Source: Lama glama (taxonomy: Eukaryota). Taken from it: a stretch of DNA of 64,000 nucleotides. How positions within the stretch are numbered: position 1 is the stretch's first letter; each line of letters begins with the position of its first letter. The DNA lies in NCBI GenBank assembly GCA_028534125.1, contig CM052832.1, positions 24,926,001-24,990,000 on the forward strand. The letters run 5' to 3'. Below are positions 63,259-64,000 of the stretch, in pieces. The translations under genes and the position numbers were made by a program. The notes beneath the pieces are model-generated. The model saw only the letters and a list, made by a program, of their open reading frames with translations, did not search any database and had not been told where the DNA came from.

Positions 63259-63829
63259 GGGTTGAGTCTGGGTCCTGACCAAAGGGAGGAATGATGCAGC
63301 CATGAGAATGGGCCCTCAAATCTCCTACGGCCGGGAGGGCCCTGTCGGTGGTGCTCTGAAGTCCATCTCTAAGGCCCCCTGCAGGCACGCCTCCCCGGGC
63401 TGCTCCTGCAGTACCCAGGCCCCGCGGGGACACTCAGGCCCGTCTGTCTGTGGGAAATGCGGGACTCTTCTGATAGGAAGCTCTGTCCAACTTTACGCAG
63501 AATTGCATTAGTGTCTAAGTCACTTCTACCCAACCTTCATTTCTTCCTTCTCTGGGGTCAGACTTGCATCACGGTCGAGCCCCGATTGGCTTCCTCTTCT
63601 TTTTCTTTAAAGGGCATTTCCCCTTATCAATGTCTTGCACGTTGAGCGGATCTTGGTATCTTCTCGTTAGAGGACTTGGACTAATGTAAGCGGGGATCCG
63701 CCAGGAGACGCAGAATGCGGCTAAAGGGAGGAGATGAGGGAGAGCATTGTATTGGTGTAAAGACCAAGCTCACTTCCCAAGATGTGGGCCACAGCCTGAA
63801 GCCTCAGAGGAACTTCACTCAACGCTCAT

Positions 63830-64000
63830 AATGATGGCTTTGTTATACGCCTACTTGGCCCGGGTTGGACTACATTTCCCAGAATTCCCTTCCCTCCTAT
63901 GGTTCAGGTTAGGACTGACTACAAGGGATATGCTCTCGCGAGAGTTGGAAGGAGCCACCGTGGCGGTCGCCATCTTGTAGTGTGGCCAAAACTCGCTGCT
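63830..64000 (+). mobile_element. MLT2E/F-like LTR 5' part (continues past the window)
   Basis: Aligns by eye with the reverse complement of 54690-54786: 'tggctttgtt...acttggc...cagaattcccttcc...'. Confidence 0.65.
63869..63981. promoter_or_regulatory. Candidate CpG promoter with ZNF143/ACTACA, BANP (TCTCGCGAGA) and YY1 motifs
   Basis: ACTACATTTCCCAGAAT at 63869, TCTCGCGAGA at 63934-63943, CGCCATCTTG at 63968-63977. Confidence 0.6.

Noticed and set aside
1..64000. Prokaryotic-type systems (CRISPR, operons, defence islands) or a host protein-coding gene
   Set aside because: The sequence is mammalian repeat-rich DNA with no regularly spaced repeat-spacer array and no recognisable coding exon; small exons could have been missed by eye

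Overview
Mammalian non-coding DNA, very probably from a camelid (alpaca or camel). The main clue is three tRNA-derived Vic-1-type SINEs, supported by artiodactyl-type L1 3' ends. I found no convincing protein-coding exon, tRNA, rRNA or CRISPR array. The ORF track is noise apart from an L1 ORF2 C-terminus at ~62.0-62.16 kb. The window is an intergenic or intronic mosaic of old repeats (MIR, L2, L3/CR1, L1M, MaLR/ERVL LTRs, hAT DNA transposons), a few young L1-mobilised inserts with target-site duplications (TSDs), and two 500-N assembly gaps. The notable signals are: (1) at the right edge, an MLT2-type LTR that has kept its CpGs and carries clustered ZNF143, BANP and YY1 motifs, a candidate LTR-exapted promoter, while a paralogous LTR at ~54.7 kb has lost them; (2) a poly(A)-tailed, TSD-flanked, 5'-truncated ERV1-LTR fragment at 19.4-19.7 kb that looks mobilised by L1 like a SINE; (3) a twin-primed inverted L1; (4) an LTR41 with an intact CTCF motif; (5) several RFX X-boxes; (6) a CpG-rich orphan LTR-like segment at 27.2-28.0 kb. 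Repeat family names come from recalled consensus sequences, not from a search, and boundaries of old repeats are approximate.
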